Assembly: GCF_902713615.1 (NCBI RefSeq)
Contig: NW_024055477.1
Coordinates: forward strand, 1 to 64,000
Source of the DNA: Scyliorhinus canicula
Lineage: Eukaryota
Reading direction: 5' to 3'
DNA: 64,000 bases
Part shown: positions 61,465-64,000 of the stretch, piece after piece
Numbering within the stretch: the stretch's first letter is position 1
How the letters are laid out: each line of letters begins with the position of its first letter
Notes under the pieces: generated by a model
Told to the model about the DNA's origin: nothing
The model's input: the letters and a program-made list of their open reading frames with translations, nothing else
The model's database searches: none
Position numbers and translations under genes: made by a program

Positions 61465-61530
61465 GGCGCGTTGATCTCGGGGTATGATTCTCGCTTTGGG
61501 TGTCTCGCTGTCGGAATTTGCGAGAGGTCC
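61465..61530 (+). pseudogene. 3'-truncated tRNA-Pro(TGG) with the same 18-nt intron-like insertion (61501-61518)
   Basis: ctcgc tt tgg g[tgtctcgctgtcggaatt]t gcgag aggtcc; the upstream ~210 bp (61240-61460) duplicates 50370-50585. Confidence 0.8.
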
Positions 61531-62089
61531 AGCAGGCCTCAATGGTGCGGCGGTCCCAATACCGCAGCCGGCTCACGGTACTTGTTATCACAACGTTATC
61601 ACATCTTGCTTTATTGCAGCAGAGAAATGCATTCCTCTGATTGCCAGTGACACGCCAGTGAAAGACAAGGCCAGTAAAATTGGGCAGCCAATACCTGGAC
61701 ATAAATATATACGTAGAAATCCTGGAAGTTTGTCACTCGCGGAATTATTATAGCGCCAGGAATGTTATAGCACTCAGAATCCCAGATACACAGAACCACC
61801 ATTTCAGATGAGGCCTTCCGGTCAATCGAGTCTGCACCAACATGTGAAAAATACAGGACTAACTACAGGACCTCATTTGTCAGCACGCGTTCCATAGCCT
61901 TGAATGTGAAGACGTGCCATGTGTTCAGCCAGGTACTATTTAATGGATGTGAAGCACACTGCCTCTACCACCCTCCCACCTAGTTTACTCCAGACAGTCA
62001 CCATCCTCTGGCTAAATACGATTTTCCTCAAATTCACCATAACCTCCTGCCCCTCACCTTGAACTTGTGTCCCCCCGTAACTGACCCTT

Positions 62090-63131
62090 TGTTGCACGTT
62101 TTACTTGAGTGTATTACGCGTTTATTGGAGTGTATTAACACGCCTCCGTTTAAAGGCCGTGTGCTTAACACTACTACAGCTCTGTGTATGTAATTTCAGC
62201 TCGGAGTCGCCAGGTGCCGTATTTAGACACCTCACAAGTATATCAAGGTCAGGTTCAAAGTAATAAAACTATACACCGATTAGTAAGTTCAAACGATTGA
62301 TATTTATTATACAAATATAATAAATACGCATGCATACGCTAAAGACTAATACTTATTTCTACTATTAAACGACTAAATACTTATCTAAGTAGGAACCAGC
62401 AAGGTCAGGGGACAAGGCCTTTGTTCCTTTCAGGACTGCACCTTCTGTTCTCTAATAGTCGGCTAGAGTATAAGCAATGCCGGGTTCACGTAGCGGGCGT
62501 CGTTTTGGCACTTACTGAATGATGGCTGGTGCTCAATGGCCGGTGATGAAAGACAGGATCTGGAGGCTGGAGTCGGAGTCAGAAGCGGAGCCAGAGCAAA
62601 AAACAGCAGATCTGGGCCGGAGTCAACAGCAAGCCGGAGCAACAACAGCAGTGGAGCCGGAGCAAACAGACAGAACCATGTGCGGGGTCTACCTTTATAG
62701 GTCCCCCAATGTCCGTGCCTCTTCGGGGCGGGCCTTTACCTGCCATGTATCGATTGGGTCATTTCTCAATCGATATCTTACAAATCCCCCAATCTGAGGG
62801 TCTCTTCTCGATGGGTGGGGCGGTCTCTATGGGTCTTTTGTGATGGATACTTCTGGTGCCGTTTCGTCTGGGCGTCCACTCAAAGTATCCATTCAAACTC
62901 AAATGTTTCTATTGTGTGGGCCCAGATCTGGATCACCTCATTAATATGCAAAGCGTTGTTGCCATTTACACCTTTGGTTGAGATCTTGCACCTGGCCATA
63001 AACTGGTTTCGATATGTGCAGAATGCTAATTAGCCTTTTGCAAACTGCTTGTCCTGGCTAAAACTGTTTTCTCCCTACAGCCTTAGCAGTTCTCCATTTT
63101 GGTAGCCCAGTGTCCATCTTAGGTGGCTACA
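62090..63131 (-). mobile_element. Solo LTR (1042 bp) inserted in a CR1 3' fragment
   Basis: TG...CA termini, 4-bp TSD CCTT (62086-62089, 63132-63135), minus-strand TATAAA at ~62695 and AATAAA at ~62305; CR1 3' sequence on both flanks. Confidence 0.75.
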
Positions 63132-63423
63132 CCTTCAGCTAAGGGGAACAACTGCTCCCTATCCACCCTGCCATTCCCCTCATAATCTTGTACACCCAAA
63201 ACTATGCAACGTCTCTTCATAACATAAATGGGCGAAGTCTGTCCCTGATCTGCGTGGGAATCGAACAGAAGACATGTCGTGTCAACAGAAATTTCAGGTA
63301 TTTTCGATCGAAAAATTGATTTCAATTAAAGTCTAAACCTGGCATCATGTGCTTCCCATGTCCCAACTGATAGTAATTCTCATGTTGCTCGGCGGTTATT
63401 ATACATTAAGCGTACATTGTCGT

Positions 63424-63735
63424 AATAATAATCTTCACTAGTGTCATAAGTAGGCTTACATTAACACTGCAATGAAGTTACTGTGAAAATTCCCGAGTCA
63501 CCACACTCCGGCCCCTGTTCAGGTACACAGAGGGAGAATTCAGAATGTCCAATTCACCTAACAGCACGTCTTTTCGGGTCTTGAGGGAGGAAACCGGGGC
63601 ACCCGGAGGAAACCCACGGAGACACGGGGAGGACGTGCAGACTCCGCACAGATAGAGAACCAAGCCGGGAATCGAACGCTGGTCCTAGGAGCATGAGGCA
63701 GCAGAGCAACCCACTGAGCCACAGTGCCGCCCATT
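63424..63735 (-). mobile_element. SINE with family B head and family A-like tail
   Basis: gggcggcactgtggctcagtgg head; ...cacagtaacttcattgcagtgttaatgtaagcctact... tail. Confidence 0.75.
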
Positions 63736-64000
63736 AAGTACCTTGTACATTTTGTACCGCAGCACGTATTGATCCATTCTGCTTTGCGTTAAAAGAAGAG
63801 GTAAAGAGGAGTCTTTGTCCTTGGACTTTCTGCAAGAGCAGGCCATGATTTTCGTCCATCTCCTCAGTTGAGTGCCACCCTCTGCCGGTAGGTAGATATT
63901 CTGGTTTTAAAGTTACAATACAATTTGCGGTATGATAGACCATAATAAGACCATAAGACTATTAGACATAGGAGCAGAATAAGGTCACTTGGCCCATCGA

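Noticed and set aside
62202-62212. Minus-strand TGGCGACTCCG resembling a tRNA-Arg(TCT) primer-binding site
   Set aside because: It lies inside the TSD-bounded solo LTR rather than just after its CA end, and only 11 nt match.
1-64000. D, J or C segments of TCR or Ig; 12-RSS; IgH-V or NAR-type V domains
   Set aside because: No 12-spacer RSS, FGxG J motif or C1-set exon was found by eye; all RSSs seen are 3' of V with 23(24)-nt spacers.

Overview
Eukaryotic genomic DNA from a cartilaginous fish. The inference rests on shark-type tRNA-head SINEs, CR1/HER1-like LINEs and Penelope elements; the species is not determinable. There are three zones. (1) 1-24 kb: a transposon graveyard with CR1 LINE fragments, SINEs, a Penelope element with inverted ends, a 13-bp target-site duplication and a hammerhead motif, and satellites. 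(2) 24.6-50.3 kb: part of a T-cell receptor alpha/delta-type V-segment cluster. It holds seven V genes with open frames, C23/W41/C104 and 3' 23-type RSSs, in both orientations, plus at least six V pseudogenes or orphan leaders. No D, J or C segment is in the window. (3) 50.4-61.5 kb: a ~2.3-kb tandem array of tRNA-Val(AAC)/Arg(ACG)/Val(TAC) running into an assembly gap. It is bracketed by two relics of an intron-containing tRNA-Pro, and a solo LTR follows. The most interesting unexplained structure is regulatory: CTCF motifs exactly 25 bp beyond the RSS nonamer of two diverged V genes, CTCF motifs co-oriented with V promoters, and a five-copy ETS/RUNX/E-box module sitting between head-to-head V pairs. 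All motif calls were made by eye; no searches were run.
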